A stretch of DNA of 56,540 nt from Bacteroidia bacterium (GTDB lineage: Bacteria > Bacteroidota > Bacteroidia > NS11-12g > UBA955), in the NCBI GenBank assembly GCA_044357345.1, contig JBIKPR010000006.1:1-56540 (forward strand), given 5' to 3'. The position numbers were made by a program, and so were the translations under genes. Positions 19,759 through 29,412 of the stretch are shown in pieces; position 1 is the first letter of the stretch; each line of letters opens with the position of its first letter. The notes under the pieces were generated by a model that was not told the DNA's origin, made no database searches, and saw nothing but the letters and a program-made list of their open reading frames with translations.

Positions 19759-20112
19759 ATGAGCAACAATCATACACATACTGAAGGCGGATATATTCCA
19801 GAAACTTATATCCCTCATGCCGAATCGCATGGTACTAAAAGTTTATGGAGAACCTTTTGGGTTCTATTGGGTATCACCATCGTGGATTTTATCATTTATT
19901 TTGCATTCGGTGCATCAATGGCAAGAAACATTGTTTTCATAGCTTTTGGAATCGTTAAGGCAATTTTAATTGTTGGTATTTTTATGCACTTAAACTACGA
20001 AGCTAAATTTCTTCGTTGGATGATTGTATTGCCAGCAGTAATATTCTTATCTTATTTAGTTTGCTTTTTGTTAATAGAAGGCAACTATGTGAGTTTAGAG
20101 AAATACTTTTAA
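19759..20112 (+). CDS. Cytochrome c oxidase subunit IV family protein
   Basis: 3 TM segments, KAILIVGIFMHL motif; cox context. Confidence 0.88.
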   Translation: MSNNHTHTEGGYIPETYIPHAESHGTKSLWRTFWVLLGITIVDFIIYFAFGASMARNIVFIAFGIVKAILIVGIFMHLNYEAKFLRWMIVLPAVIFLSYLVCFLLIEGNYVSLEKYF

Positions 20113-20115
20113 GTA

Positions 20116-20778
20116 ATGACTAGCACAATTAAAAAAAGCCCAACATGGAAAGTGTTGGGCATTTTGTTTTTATTAATAGGCATGCCCATTATTTGGGTTG
20201 TTATAAACAAGACAGGAGTTCACTATTCCAAAAAACTACCAATCTATTTTGAGCGGGAATTGGATGCTAAGGGTGATACTATTTACCATACTATAGATAA
20301 TTTTAAATTGGTAAACCAATACGGCGATAGTGTTACACTTGATACGTATAAAGGTAAAATATTATTGGTGAGTTTTTTCTTTGCTAGTTGTGAAACAATT
20401 TGTCCTAAAATGAATGGGTATATTGGAACGCATATTTACAGAGAATTTGCCAAGGATACCAATATTCGTTTTTTGAGTTTTACAGTTGATCCAACAAATG
20501 ATTCGCCAGCGGTTTTGTTAAAATATGCTGAATCTTTTTATGCAAACAACCATTGGCAATTTTTAACAGGGTCAAAAACACAGATATACAATCTAGCTGC
20601 TAATAGTTTTAAGATCCCGGGGGCTGAGGATGTGCACAACGGTTTGTTCCATAGCAACAAAATTGTATTGGTTGACAAACAAAAACGCGTTAGAGGTGTT
20701 TTTGATACCAACGGACAAAATGAGAAGAGTTTCACAATTGACGCTGTCCGTGCGCTCAAACTTGAATATAAAAAATGA
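20116..20778 (+). CDS. SCO family copper chaperone
   Basis: FFFASCETICP (CxxxC), SFTVDP, conserved HS. Confidence 0.93.
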   Translation: MTSTIKKSPTWKVLGILFLLIGMPIIWVVINKTGVHYSKKLPIYFERELDAKGDTIYHTIDNFKLVNQYGDSVTLDTYKGKILLVSFFFASCETICPKMNGYIGTHIYREFAKDTNIRFLSFTVDPTNDSPAVLLKYAESFYANNHWQFLTGSKTQIYNLAANSFKIPGAEDVHNGLFHSNKIVLVDKQKRVRGVFDTNGQNEKSFTIDAVRALKLEYKK

Positions 20779-21308
20779 AGACAATAGCAAAAAACGATCG
20801 TTTGGCCAACGGCATCATTATTACATTATCTGTAGTAGTATTTGCATTGGTCACTTTAATGAGAAGATTTAAAATAGATTTAGGGTTTGAATTTGATACC
20901 CATATCTTTCCTGCCATTAGTGCAACTTTGAATTCGGCAGTAGCGATTCTTTTGTTGTTGGGTCTGTGGTTTGTGAAACAAAAAGATTTTGAAAAACACC
21001 GCAATGTTATGCTTGCGGCGGTTTTGTTTTCGATTTTGTTTTTATTGACTTATGTTATGTACCATTTCACAACTGCAGAAACGGCTTATGGCGGTGTTGG
21101 TTTTATAAAAACATTGTACTTTATCATATTGTTTACCCACATTGGTTTGGCTGGCATCATATTGCCTTTTATTTTGTTTGCTGTATACCGTGGTTTGACA
21201 GGCGAATATGCGCAGCATAAACGTTTAACTAGATGGGTTTGGCCTGTTTGGTTTTATGTTTCTGTAACGGGTGTGGTGGTGTATTTCATGATTTCACCTT
21301 TTTATTGA
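20775..21308 (+). CDS. DUF420 (CtaM-like) membrane protein
   Basis: HRNVM, FLLTYVMYH, ILFTHI, WFYVSVTGVVVY. Confidence 0.9.
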   Translation: MKTIAKNDRLANGIIITLSVVVFALVTLMRRFKIDLGFEFDTHIFPAISATLNSAVAILLLLGLWFVKQKDFEKHRNVMLAAVLFSILFLLTYVMYHFTTAETAYGGVGFIKTLYFIILFTHIGLAGIILPFILFAVYRGLTGEYAQHKRLTRWVWPVWFYVSVTGVVVYFMISPFY

Positions 21309-21312
21309 GAAA

Positions 21313-21328
21313 TATGACTTTGCTCATA
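21313..21328 (+). promoter_or_regulatory. Putative Crp/Fnr-family operator
   Basis: TATGA-N6-TCATA palindrome 20 nt upstream of TAATTTTG (21349-21356). Confidence 0.45.
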
Positions 21329-21367
21329 TAATTGGCCTAATAAAACATTAATTTTGCACTGTTATAT

Positions 21368-21595
21368 ATGAAAAAGATATTTTCATTTTTAGTCTCCATG
21401 ACCTTTACTGTTCTTAGCTATTCTCAGTGCCCCATGTGTAAGGCAAGTGTAGAAAGCAGTCAGGCTTCTGGCGCAAAAAGTGTAGGTATGGGTCTGAATG
21501 TTGGTATTTTGATGCTGTTGGTATCGGTTTATGTGATTTTATTTTCAGTCGGTATTATGTGGTACCGAAAATACCGAAAGAATCAAATAGCCTAA
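21368..21595 (+). CDS. Small exported CxxC membrane-anchored protein
   Basis: Signal peptide, QCPMCK, C-terminal TM segment; follows the cox assembly genes. Confidence 0.75.
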   Translation: MKKIFSFLVSMTFTVLSYSQCPMCKASVESSQASGAKSVGMGLNVGILMLLVSVYVILFSVGIMWYRKYRKNQIA

Positions 21596-21596
21596 A

Positions 21597-21980
21597 ATGT
21601 CTCAAAAAGTACCATCAATAATCTCAAGTATAGTTTCATGTAAATGTCCTCGGTGTCGAAAAGGAAGGGTCTTTCCTCACTCTGCATTTAATTTATTAGG
21701 TTTTAGTAAAACCAATGACCATTGTCCAAACTGCGGTCTAAAGTTTGAACATGAAACTGGGTTCTTTTGGGGCGCCATGTATATTAGTTATGCTTTTGGC
21801 ACAATTATAATGATCGTATTCGGTGTTTTGGCCATAAATTTGGATTGGTCCTTTGCTAAAATCGCCGCTGTGTTGGTTCCCACCATGCTGTTAATTACAC
21901 CATTTTCTTTTAGATATTCTCGAATACTATTGCTCTATTTACTTTCTCCAAATAGATATTTTGATAATAAATATTTGTAA
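21597..21980 (+). CDS. DUF983 family zinc-ribbon membrane protein
   Basis: CPRC...CPNC, ETGFFWGAMYISY. Confidence 0.85.
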   Translation: MSQKVPSIISSIVSCKCPRCRKGRVFPHSAFNLLGFSKTNDHCPNCGLKFEHETGFFWGAMYISYAFGTIIMIVFGVLAINLDWSFAKIAAVLVPTMLLITPFSFRYSRILLLYLLSPNRYFDNKYL

Positions 21981-22037
21981 TTCGTGAGTTTGGTATTCTT
22001 GTTGAAGTAGTAGATCTAACAAGTAATAAATAAACGT

Positions 22038-22460
22038 ATGAAAAAATTAATTTTAAGTTTGGTTGCAACAGTATTTGCACTAAACGGATTTGCACACGAT
22101 ACTTCAAAAGTAAAAAAAACACCTGAAGCTGCAGCAAGCATGAGAGCTGATAAGCTTAAAACTGAGCTGGGTTTAACAGATGTTCAAAGAACTCAAGTAT
22201 ATTCAGCTGTGCTGGAGAAAATGAATTTAGCAAAAGCAATTAAGCTAAAGTATAAAGACAGTGCTAATAAAAAATCTCAGCACAACGAAATGAAGGCCGT
22301 TAAGCAATCTTTTGACACGAAGATGAACACAATATTAACTCCTGAACAGAAAGTTAAATACGAGGCCTTAAAATCGGACAATAAAGACAAAAAGAAAAAC
22401 AAGAAAGGCAAAATGAAAAAAGGCCAATCAAGAGAGAATGACCAAGAAGATGACGATTAA
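22038..22460 (+). CDS. Periplasmic helical protein (DUF4890/Spy-like)
   Basis: Signal peptide; ELGLTDVQ and ILTPEQ (LTxxQ-like) motifs. Confidence 0.65.
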   Translation: MKKLILSLVATVFALNGFAHDTSKVKKTPEAAASMRADKLKTELGLTDVQRTQVYSAVLEKMNLAKAIKLKYKDSANKKSQHNEMKAVKQSFDTKMNTILTPEQKVKYEALKSDNKDKKKNKKGKMKKGQSRENDQEDDD

Positions 22461-22473
22461 TATTTAAAATATC

Positions 22474-22499
22474 AAAAAAACCCCGAAAGGGGTTTTTTT
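22474..22499. terminator. Intrinsic terminator
   Basis: AAAAAAACCCC-GAAA-GGGGTTTTTTT. Confidence 0.85.
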
Positions 22500-22698
22500 A
22501 TGTCCAAATTGTTCCATCTGTCTTTCTTTTATCCACTTTATTGCGCTCTGTATCCGATATGAATTGGTAGGCTCACGTTTTAAATGGGCTTTTGGTTTTC
22601 TTTTTTTGTGTAAGATATTTGTTATGCAAGCTGCTGATTTTGGTGCTTGATCGGGATGCTGAAAACGAATTAGAGTAGGCAAAACTAAAACACAAACA

Positions 22699-25600
22699 AT
22701 GAAAAAAATTAAAACATTAATTCTTCTTTTGCTTTTTTGCCATGTTTTAAATGGACAAAGCAATTTTAATCAAGTATGGGATAGTCTGTACCGTGATGTC
22801 AAACACCAAGGCAGTCTAAATACCGATTATTTTTGGAATCTTGGTGCTCTCGATTCTAGTATTTATGCAAGTCAAGGACTCTTAAGCGATAGCCTTTCCG
22901 ATTGCCATCAATTGGCAATTTTGTACCAGCAATTCTACAATTCAAGTATTCACAACGTACAAAACATTCAAACGTATGAGGAATTTCAAAAAAATATGGA
23001 ATCAGACTTTAAAAAAAACACCATAGCAATGCCAATTCTTTTTTTGAAAGCAGGGATGTTCAAAGAGTCTGCATTCACTGAAGGTGCAATTCAATTTGAT
23101 AGCAGCAACTATAAATGGCTTGTGAATAGGCCGCAAGACGCGTTTAGAATTCATGAAGTTTTTATTTCGGCTCCATACATTCCAGTTGTTTTTAACCCGA
23201 ACATTACTTTGCGTTTTGGAGCTGAGTTTATTGTTAATATGGGTGGTTCGGCAATCAAGCGCATTCGGATAAAATTTCGAAATGAATTGTTTAGAGATGT
23301 TCAATTGAATCTGCCTATGAATTTTGTATTACTACCCGGCGACAATGAAGTAAGTATTGAAGTGAGTTTTATGGATGGGAAAATAAGAATGAGCAAAACA
23401 AATATTGCTTTTGAAACCCGTGATTTGAATTCTGGAATATTAAATAAACATGCATCAAATAATCCTTTTCATTTTGGAGATGGTCTTGGAAATATTTATA
23501 CAAATCCAGAAAGAGAAACGGAACTACAAGAACCCTTAGGTGCATTTATAGATTATTTGCCAGGGCTGAACAATGGTGTTCAAAATGCCTGCATTAAGAA
23601 ACCTATTGTAATCGTAGAAGGAATTGATTTTGGTTTCAAAGACCATTGGACTGGTTGTTATGGTGGGAAGTGTGGTAGCAACGGTCTTATTGATTTGGTT
23701 AATGGTTACACATTAAATCCTTACGAATCAAAATTAAAGAATAGAATTGAGCCTTGGGCTGCAATTGAAAAAGCACCTAAGTTTTTAAGTGATTTAAGAA
23801 GTAGAGGGTATGATGTTTTTTATATTGATTTTCATAATGGGGCTGATTACATGGAAAACAACGCACAATTGGTTGTTAAATTTATTCAAATGCTGAACGA
23901 GCGAAAGTGTAGTGAGGAAGAATTGGTCTTGGTCGGCACTAGTATGGGTGGTATTGTCGCAAAGTATGCGCTGTCATACATGGAAAAAAATAAGATACCC
24001 CATTGCGTGAGAACCTATTTGTCTTTTGATGCTCCACACCAAGGTGCTAATATTCCTTACGGATTGCAAAATTTCATGCAATATTTTAGTGGAAAGTTGC
24101 CGACTATGAAAGAGAATTTTAAGAGAAAACTTGATCGAGCGGCTGCAAGGCAATTGCTTAGTTTGCATATTCTTTCTGAATATAAGACTAGTCCACACAA
24201 AGACAGGGCTGCTTTTTTAGAAAAACAAAATCAATTAGGAAATTATCCTAAACTCAGTAGGAATATTGCTTTAACAAACGGAAGTGTCAATGCAAGTTTT
24301 CAGAATTTTAATCCAGGTGATTTGTTGCTTACATTAAATCCTGTGTCTGCAAATATTGACAACAATCCTCTAAAATTAACTTCGTATGTTTTTGCTATGT
24401 CTAAAATTTATCAGCACAATACTTGGAGTAAACCAATAAATATTGCCTTTTATAGTGTTCTGCCTTTAGGTCTAAAACATTTTGTTCCATTGGATATGGA
24501 GATAGGAAGTGATCATGTACCAGGTAGTATACGCTATGATCTTAGAGAATTTAGGAAGATTTATGGCCTTATTAATATTATAAACAACCACAGTGCAAGT
24601 TGTTTTATTCCAAGCGGCAGTGCTTTAGATCTGACATCGAAAGTTGGTCAAAAAATTGATGACTATGTTGACCGTTATGTACCCAATGCGAATGTGTATC
24701 CATTTCACACTTTTTATGGGGTTGAAAACACCAACCAAGAGCATATGCAGTTGACAGATGAAAACATCAAATGGATGGTAGATGAATTTGAGAAAAACTC
24801 AAATGAAGTAGGATATTTTTTAAGCACCAATTATAATTATGGGCGTTATGAGCGGTATACATTGCCAGCTGTAACCGTTCAGTCTCAGGGCAAACTGCAA
24901 ATTAATGCCCATGGATTAAATGGCTTTGGGTATGGTGAATACGATAGAATGAACCGAAAAGGTTCAAAGTTTGAAATGAAAACCTCAGAATGCAATTCCT
25001 TAGTAAATGTTGAAGAAGGCGGATTGCTGGAATTAGGTGGTGATAATGCAGAAAACAACAAAGCAGTTTTAAGAATTAGAAAAGGGTGTACTTTGATGTT
25101 GAAATCAGGAAGTACTTTGTTGGTGCACGACAACTCGGAATTGATTATAGAAGAAGGAGCCCAATTGGTGTATTTTCCTGGGGCTATAATTAAACTAGAA
25201 GGAAATGAAGCTACCTTGCAAATTGATGGCAAATTGAGACTAGAGACCAATGCTGTTTTTACTTTTACAAAAGGAAGTTCAAATAACAGCGGATATGTGA
25301 AGTTTAGAAATGCCAAGGGTGGTTATGGAGAAGGTGTAGTTGAAATTGGTGGAGCAAATACACAAATTGCAATCGAGGGAACTGGGCAGAATACAGATAT
25401 TGTGTTGCAAGTTGAAGGAGAAATGAATTTGGTTTCACCAAAAGGAACCCAGGAGTTGAGTTTTTTTTCTTTGAGCAACTGTAAAGTTTTGTATGGCAAT
25501 AAATCGACCATTAAACTTGGGTCAAGACTAGCTTTGCAACAGGTGGTTTTTAATAAATTACCTTGGGCTGCTGCCGGCTCATCAAATGCCTTTGATGTAA

Positions 25601-26760
25601 AGAATTCGGAAAAAGTTGAGATTCAAAATTGTAGATTTTCGAATTTTAATTTTGCGCTTAAGTGTTTAGGGTCTGACAATAATTCGAATGTTGTAAAAAT
25701 TGAGCACAGTAATTTTGAGCAATGTGATATTGGTGTGTATGCACTTGAGTCGCATGTGCAAATAAATTACTCTAATTTTAATTCTTGTATTGAGAACGGT
25801 TTGTTGCTCCAAAATCCAGAAACAGATTTTCAAGTTTTAAACTCTGGGTTTAATGGTAATACAAGAGCCCTTAGTGTCGAGAATAAAACAGGGCAAGATA
25901 GGTTTGCATTCATCGAATCGTGTGATTTTGGGAAGAACAAAATTGGTTTGGGATTAAATAAATTAAATACAGTTTTGTCTTGCTCGAGGTTTTTGGGCAA
26001 TGAAATTGGGGTAAAAGATGAGAATGGGTATGTTTGTTTAAGTCCAGACAAGCAAATGAGCGGTGCGATTTATTCAGGGTCAGGTGGTAATAATACTTTT
26101 GCATTTAATAGCAATTCAGGCATCAATGTAAAGGGAAGTGTTTTGTACTTAAACAACGGTAAAAATAACTTTATTCAAAACCCAGGCAATAAGGCATGTA
26201 ATTTTGTTTTAGGTGATATTGTTTACACCAATGAAACGCATGAAACCATAACTCCATACAAATTTAAGGCGTCAAATAATTATTGGAAAGATGCTCCTTT
26301 TAATGGCAACATTAGCAATGGAGCAATGAGTTTGTATTTTGTTAAATTTTCTTATCCGAACAGCAACTCAAGTACTTTGAATTACTTTAATGGTGAATTG
26401 TATCCAAGTTTAAATAAAATTTGCTTCAATGGCAGTGCTTGTAACCCATGTGATTTGGTTTTAGAAGAGGGTAAAATCCAAGAGAAAGAAAAAGCTAGTT
26501 TTGATGACGCACTTAATGTTAAGGTTTATCCATTTCCGGCGAGTAATTATTTTGAATTAGAATTGCCAATAGAAAAGAAGGTAGAGCATTTTACTATGAA
26601 GTTAATGGATATTGAAGGACGTGTATTAATCCATTCGGGACTGACAGAATCTATAACCAGAATTTCCACTTCAGAATACAGTAATGGAATTTACTTGCTT
26701 GAGTTGAGTTCTAAAAATCAAAGGGTTTTAAAAAGAGTTGTAATTAGCCATTTGGATTAA
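22699..26760 (+). CDS. T9SS-secreted alpha/beta-hydrolase with beta-helix region
   Basis: Signal peptide; GTSMGG nucleophile elbow, FDAPHQGANIP; beta-helix-like repeats; type A CTD (VYPFPAS...GIYLLEL...KRVVI). Confidence 0.85.
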   Translation: MKKIKTLILLLLFCHVLNGQSNFNQVWDSLYRDVKHQGSLNTDYFWNLGALDSSIYASQGLLSDSLSDCHQLAILYQQFYNSSIHNVQNIQTYEEFQKNMESDFKKNTIAMPILFLKAGMFKESAFTEGAIQFDSSNYKWLVNRPQDAFRIHEVFISAPYIPVVFNPNITLRFGAEFIVNMGGSAIKRIRIKFRNELFRDVQLNLPMNFVLLPGDNEVSIEVSFMDGKIRMSKTNIAFETRDLNSGILNKHASNNPFHFGDGLGNIYTNPERETELQEPLGAFIDYLPGLNNGVQNACIKKPIVIVEGIDFGFKDHWTGCYGGKCGSNGLIDLVNGYTLNPYESKLKNRIEPWAAIEKAPKFLSDLRSRGYDVFYIDFHNGADYMENNAQLVVKFIQMLNERKCSEEELVLVGTSMGGIVAKYALSYMEKNKIPHCVRTYLSFDAPHQGANIPYGLQNFMQYFSGKLPTMKENFKRKLDRAAARQLLSLHILSEYKTSPHKDRAAFLEKQNQLGNYPKLSRNIALTNGSVNASFQNFNPGDLLLTLNPVSANIDNNPLKLTSYVFAMSKIYQHNTWSKPINIAFYSVLPLGLKHFVPLDMEIGSDHVPGSIRYDLREFRKIYGLINIINNHSASCFIPSGSALDLTSKVGQKIDDYVDRYVPNANVYPFHTFYGVENTNQEHMQLTDENIKWMVDEFEKNSNEVGYFLSTNYNYGRYERYTLPAVTVQSQGKLQINAHGLNGFGYGEYDRMNRKGSKFEMKTSECNSLVNVEEGGLLELGGDNAENNKAVLRIRKGCTLMLKSGSTLLVHDNSELIIEEGAQLVYFPGAIIKLEGNEATLQIDGKLRLETNAVFTFTKGSSNNSGYVKFRNAKGGYGEGVVEIGGANTQIAIEGTGQNTDIVLQVEGEMNLVSPKGTQELSFFSLSNCKVLYGNKSTIKLGSRLALQQVVFNKLPWAAAGSSNAFDVKNSEKVEIQNCRFSNFNFALKCLGSDNNSNVVKIEHSNFEQCDIGVYALESHVQINYSNFNSCIENGLLLQNPETDFQVLNSGFNGNTRALSVENKTGQDRFAFIESCDFGKNKIGLGLNKLNTVLSCSRFLGNEIGVKDENGYVCLSPDKQMSGAIYSGSGGNNTFAFNSNSGINVKGSVLYLNNGKNNFIQNPGNKACNFVLGDIVYTNETHETITPYKFKASNNYWKDAPFNGNISNGAMSLYFVKFSYPNSNSSTLNYFNGELYPSLNKICFNGSACNPCDLVLEEGKIQEKEKASFDDALNVKVYPFPASNYFELELPIEKKVEHFTMKLMDIEGRVLIHSGLTESITRISTSEYSNGIYLLELSSKNQRVLKRVVISHLD

Positions 26761-26868
26761 AATTTATTTAAAAAAATCAAAAAATATTAATAAAATAAAA
26801 ATCCTTATGTTTGTGTAGAGATAAGGAGTGGGTATTGTTTATCCACTCCCTTGTTTCAACAAATGTTT

Positions 26869-26884
26869 TGTGACAAATGTCACT
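26869..26884 (+). promoter_or_regulatory. Putative Crp/Fnr-family operator
   Basis: TGTGACAAATGTCACT, 21 nt upstream of the -7-like TAGTTTCG (26906-26913). Confidence 0.6.
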
Positions 26885-26922
26885 TGGGGATATTAAATTT
26901 CGATATAGTTTCGCTGTGTCAA

Positions 26923-27024
26923 ATGCAAAGAAAACTATTCAAGATACAGCACATTTTGTCGATTTTAGTATATTTAGGAATAGTAGTAGTATTTGGATTT
27001 TTAATTTACAACCTTAAAAAATAA
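26923..27024 (+). CDS. 33-aa single-TM peptide (not in ORF track)
   Basis: MQRKLFKIQHILSILVYLGIVVVFGFLIYNLKK, lying between the promoter and the DUF2892 gene. Confidence 0.45.
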   Translation: MQRKLFKIQHILSILVYLGIVVVFGFLIYNLKK

Positions 27025-27033
27025 TTATATATC

Positions 27034-27246
27034 ATGAAAAAAAACATGGGTTCAACAGACAAAATCATTCGCGTTTTATTGGCAGCTGTATTTGCTTTCC
27101 TTTATTTCGGTAATGTCGTAACGGGAACAATTGGTATTGTTCTTTTGGTATTGGCAGCGGTTTTTTTACTAACCAGTTTAGTCTCTTTCTGTCCTTTATA
27201 CACTTTAGTGGGTGTCAATACTTGTCCAGTAAAAAAAGTAGACTAG
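27034..27246 (+). CDS. DUF2892 (YgaP-like) membrane protein
   Basis: MKKNMGSTDKIIR ... FCPLY...G.NTC. Confidence 0.92.
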   Translation: MKKNMGSTDKIIRVLLAAVFAFLYFGNVVTGTIGIVLLVLAAVFLLTSLVSFCPLYTLVGVNTCPVKKVD

Positions 27247-27260
27247 TTTGCTTCACAAAT

Positions 27261-27300
27261 AAAAATCCCCGTTCAGTTTTATACTTGAACGGGGATTTTT
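27261..27300. terminator. Bidirectional intrinsic terminator
   Basis: 15-bp stem AAAAATCCCCGTTCA / TGAACGGGGATTTTT between convergent genes. Confidence 0.85.
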
Positions 27301-27314
27301 TGTTTAAAATAAAT

Positions 27315-27692
27315 TTATTTCACTGCAGTAACACTGATTTCAACTTTTGCACCTTTTGGGAGCGCAGAAACTTGAACGGTTTCTCTTGCTGGAAAGTCGC
27401 TTGAAAAGTTGTCTGCATAAATGGTGTTTACTTTGGCAAAATCGTTCATGTCCGTGAGGAAAATTGTAGTTTTCACAACGTTTCCAAAACTCATATTCGC
27501 AGCTTCTAATAGCTTTGAAATGTTGTTCATTACTTGTTTGGTTTCTGTTTCAATACTGTCGTTGTGAAAATTACCAGCTGTGTCTAATGCAATTTGACCG
27601 CTGCAATACAGTGTGTTACCCGCCAAAACCGCTTGTGAATACGGGCCAATTGGAGCAGGTGCGTTCTCTGTGAATATGATTTTTTTTTCCAT
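27315..27692 (-). CDS. ridA: RidA family enamine/imine deaminase
   Basis: APAPIGPYSQA, SGQI, PARETV, VEIS; start reset to MEKKIIF. Confidence 0.93.
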   Translation of the reverse strand: MEKKIIFTENAPAPIGPYSQAVLAGNTLYCSGQIALDTAGNFHNDSIETETKQVMNNISKLLEAANMSFGNVVKTTIFLTDMNDFAKVNTIYADNFSSDFPARETVQVSALPKGAKVEISVTAVK

Positions 27693-27718
27693 GATTGTAT
27701 TTGTATTTTTGTGCTCGA

Positions 27719-28378
27719 ATGAACATTGCTGTAAAAGGCTCGCAAGAACGCACAATAGAGTTAGACGGAATATTGACATCTGTAGGTTTGAGTTTTACTA
27801 GGCTCGAAAGTACAAAAAATATCCATTCTAGCAAGTTTGATCTAATTTTTGATTTAAACTTTGATGATGATTCATCATCCTTAGCCGATTATGCCTTACT
27901 TGATGCCTCAAGTCTATTAATACTTTCTTCTGTAAAAATACAGTTAGAAGCTGTTTTGCCAAAAGCAATGTGGTCATATACCATTGGAATCAACGCTTTG
28001 CCTAGTTTTTTGAAAAGAGATGCTTTGGAATATTGCACACTTTCTGAAGGTATTTCAAATGAGCATTTAGAAAAACTACCATGGAAAACATTGTACAAGG
28101 TTGATTCTCGTGTTGGTATGATTTCACCACGAGTGGTTTGTATGGTTATTAACGAGGCCTATTTTACATTGCAAGAAGGTACTGCCAACCGCAATGATAT
28201 AGATTTGGGAATGAAATTAGGAACAGCCTACCCTCATGGTCCATTTGAATGGTGTGATATGATTGGAATAAAGCATGTTTATGAAGTCTTAAATGCACTT
28301 TATTTGGATACGCACGATGATAGGTACAAAATTTGCAGTTTGCTTAAAACAGAGTATTTTAAAAGTCAGGCTATATGA
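27719..28378 (+). CDS. 3-hydroxyacyl-CoA dehydrogenase family protein (C-terminal domain, degenerate N-terminus)
   Basis: GMISPRVVCMVINEA, DIDLGMKLGTAYPHGPFEW; no GxGxxG; ATG 27719 follows TATTTTTG. Confidence 0.8.
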   Translation: MNIAVKGSQERTIELDGILTSVGLSFTRLESTKNIHSSKFDLIFDLNFDDDSSSLADYALLDASSLLILSSVKIQLEAVLPKAMWSYTIGINALPSFLKRDALEYCTLSEGISNEHLEKLPWKTLYKVDSRVGMISPRVVCMVINEAYFTLQEGTANRNDIDLGMKLGTAYPHGPFEWCDMIGIKHVYEVLNALYLDTHDDRYKICSLLKTEYFKSQAI

Positions 28379-29412
28379 TCAAAACGGTACGCACTTGCAT
28401 CTTTATATTTTTGTTTTTGCAATCTTTTTTTGCAAATGCTTTCAATGTTGATACACTATATCTATGTAAAAATTCTTGCATTATTTATACCAATGTAACC
28501 ACGACTGGAAATGCAGTTGCATGGCAATGGACTTTTCAAGGCGCTAATCCAGGAAGCAGCAATGTTCAAAATCCAACTGCAATCTGCTACCCTACAGCTG
28601 GAGTTTTTCTAACAACGGTAAAAACTACTTTTGACAATGGAAGCGATAGCACAGATCAAGTTCATGTGGTGGTTTACGATTGGCCTATAACATCATTTAA
28701 TTTTCCCAAGGATACTGGGTATTGTCAAGGTGGTAGTTTGCCATTAGTCTTGAATACAGTTTCATACCCTGGGGTTAAATACCAATGGAGTACAGGCGCT
28801 ACTTCAAGGTCAATCACTGTTAATACCCAAGGAAAATACTGGGTGAATTTAATTTTGAGAGCTGGAAATAATGTTTGCGATAGCGTTTACAAAGAGGTAA
28901 ATATTACAGAGTACGCAAATCCAAGTGTATATCTAGGCCAAGATAAGTTTATATGCCAAGGTCAAGCAACAACTTTAGATGCTGGCGCTGGTGTTGGCTA
29001 CACCTATTTATGGAAACCCAATAACGAGATAACTAGAACCATTTTAGTTAATTTACCTGGGGTATACGATGTTACAGTAAGAACCAATAATGGCTGTACG
29101 GCGAGTGATCAAATAGAATTTAAAGACTCTTGTCCGCATTATATATTTGTACCAAATGCTGTGAGTCCAAATGAAGATAGGCTGAATGATTTGTTCATCA
29201 AGGTGTGGAATTTTACACCTAAAGATTATAAATTTACCATATACAACCGTTGGGGCGAATTGTTATTTGAAACCCAAGATATCAATGCAGGATGGGATTG
29301 TAAATTCAAAGGTGATCTGGTACAACAGGATATGTATGTATACAAAATTACCTATTACGATACCGACAAGAAATGGTATGAGATACGTGGAACTTTGTTT
29401 GTAATTCGTTAA
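28375..29412 (+). CDS. PKD-domain protein with gliding-motility-associated (T9SS type B) CTD
   Basis: WQWTFQGANP PKD motif; FVPNAVSPNEDRLND, IYNRWGE, GWD, C-terminal VIR. Confidence 0.88.
   Translation: MIKTVRTCIFIFLFLQSFFANAFNVDTLYLCKNSCIIYTNVTTTGNAVAWQWTFQGANPGSSNVQNPTAICYPTAGVFLTTVKTTFDNGSDSTDQVHVVVYDWPITSFNFPKDTGYCQGGSLPLVLNTVSYPGVKYQWSTGATSRSITVNTQGKYWVNLILRAGNNVCDSVYKEVNITEYANPSVYLGQDKFICQGQATTLDAGAGVGYTYLWKPNNEITRTILVNLPGVYDVTVRTNNGCTASDQIEFKDSCPHYIFVPNAVSPNEDRLNDLFIKVWNFTPKDYKFTIYNRWGELLFETQDINAGWDCKFKGDLVQQDMYVYKITYYDTDKKWYEIRGTLFVIR

Noticed and set aside
22464-22763. 99-aa minus-strand ORF, and the many other short antisense/nested ORFs in the track
   Set aside because: They overlap terminators or well-supported genes on the opposite strand and have no motifs; treated as shadow ORFs.
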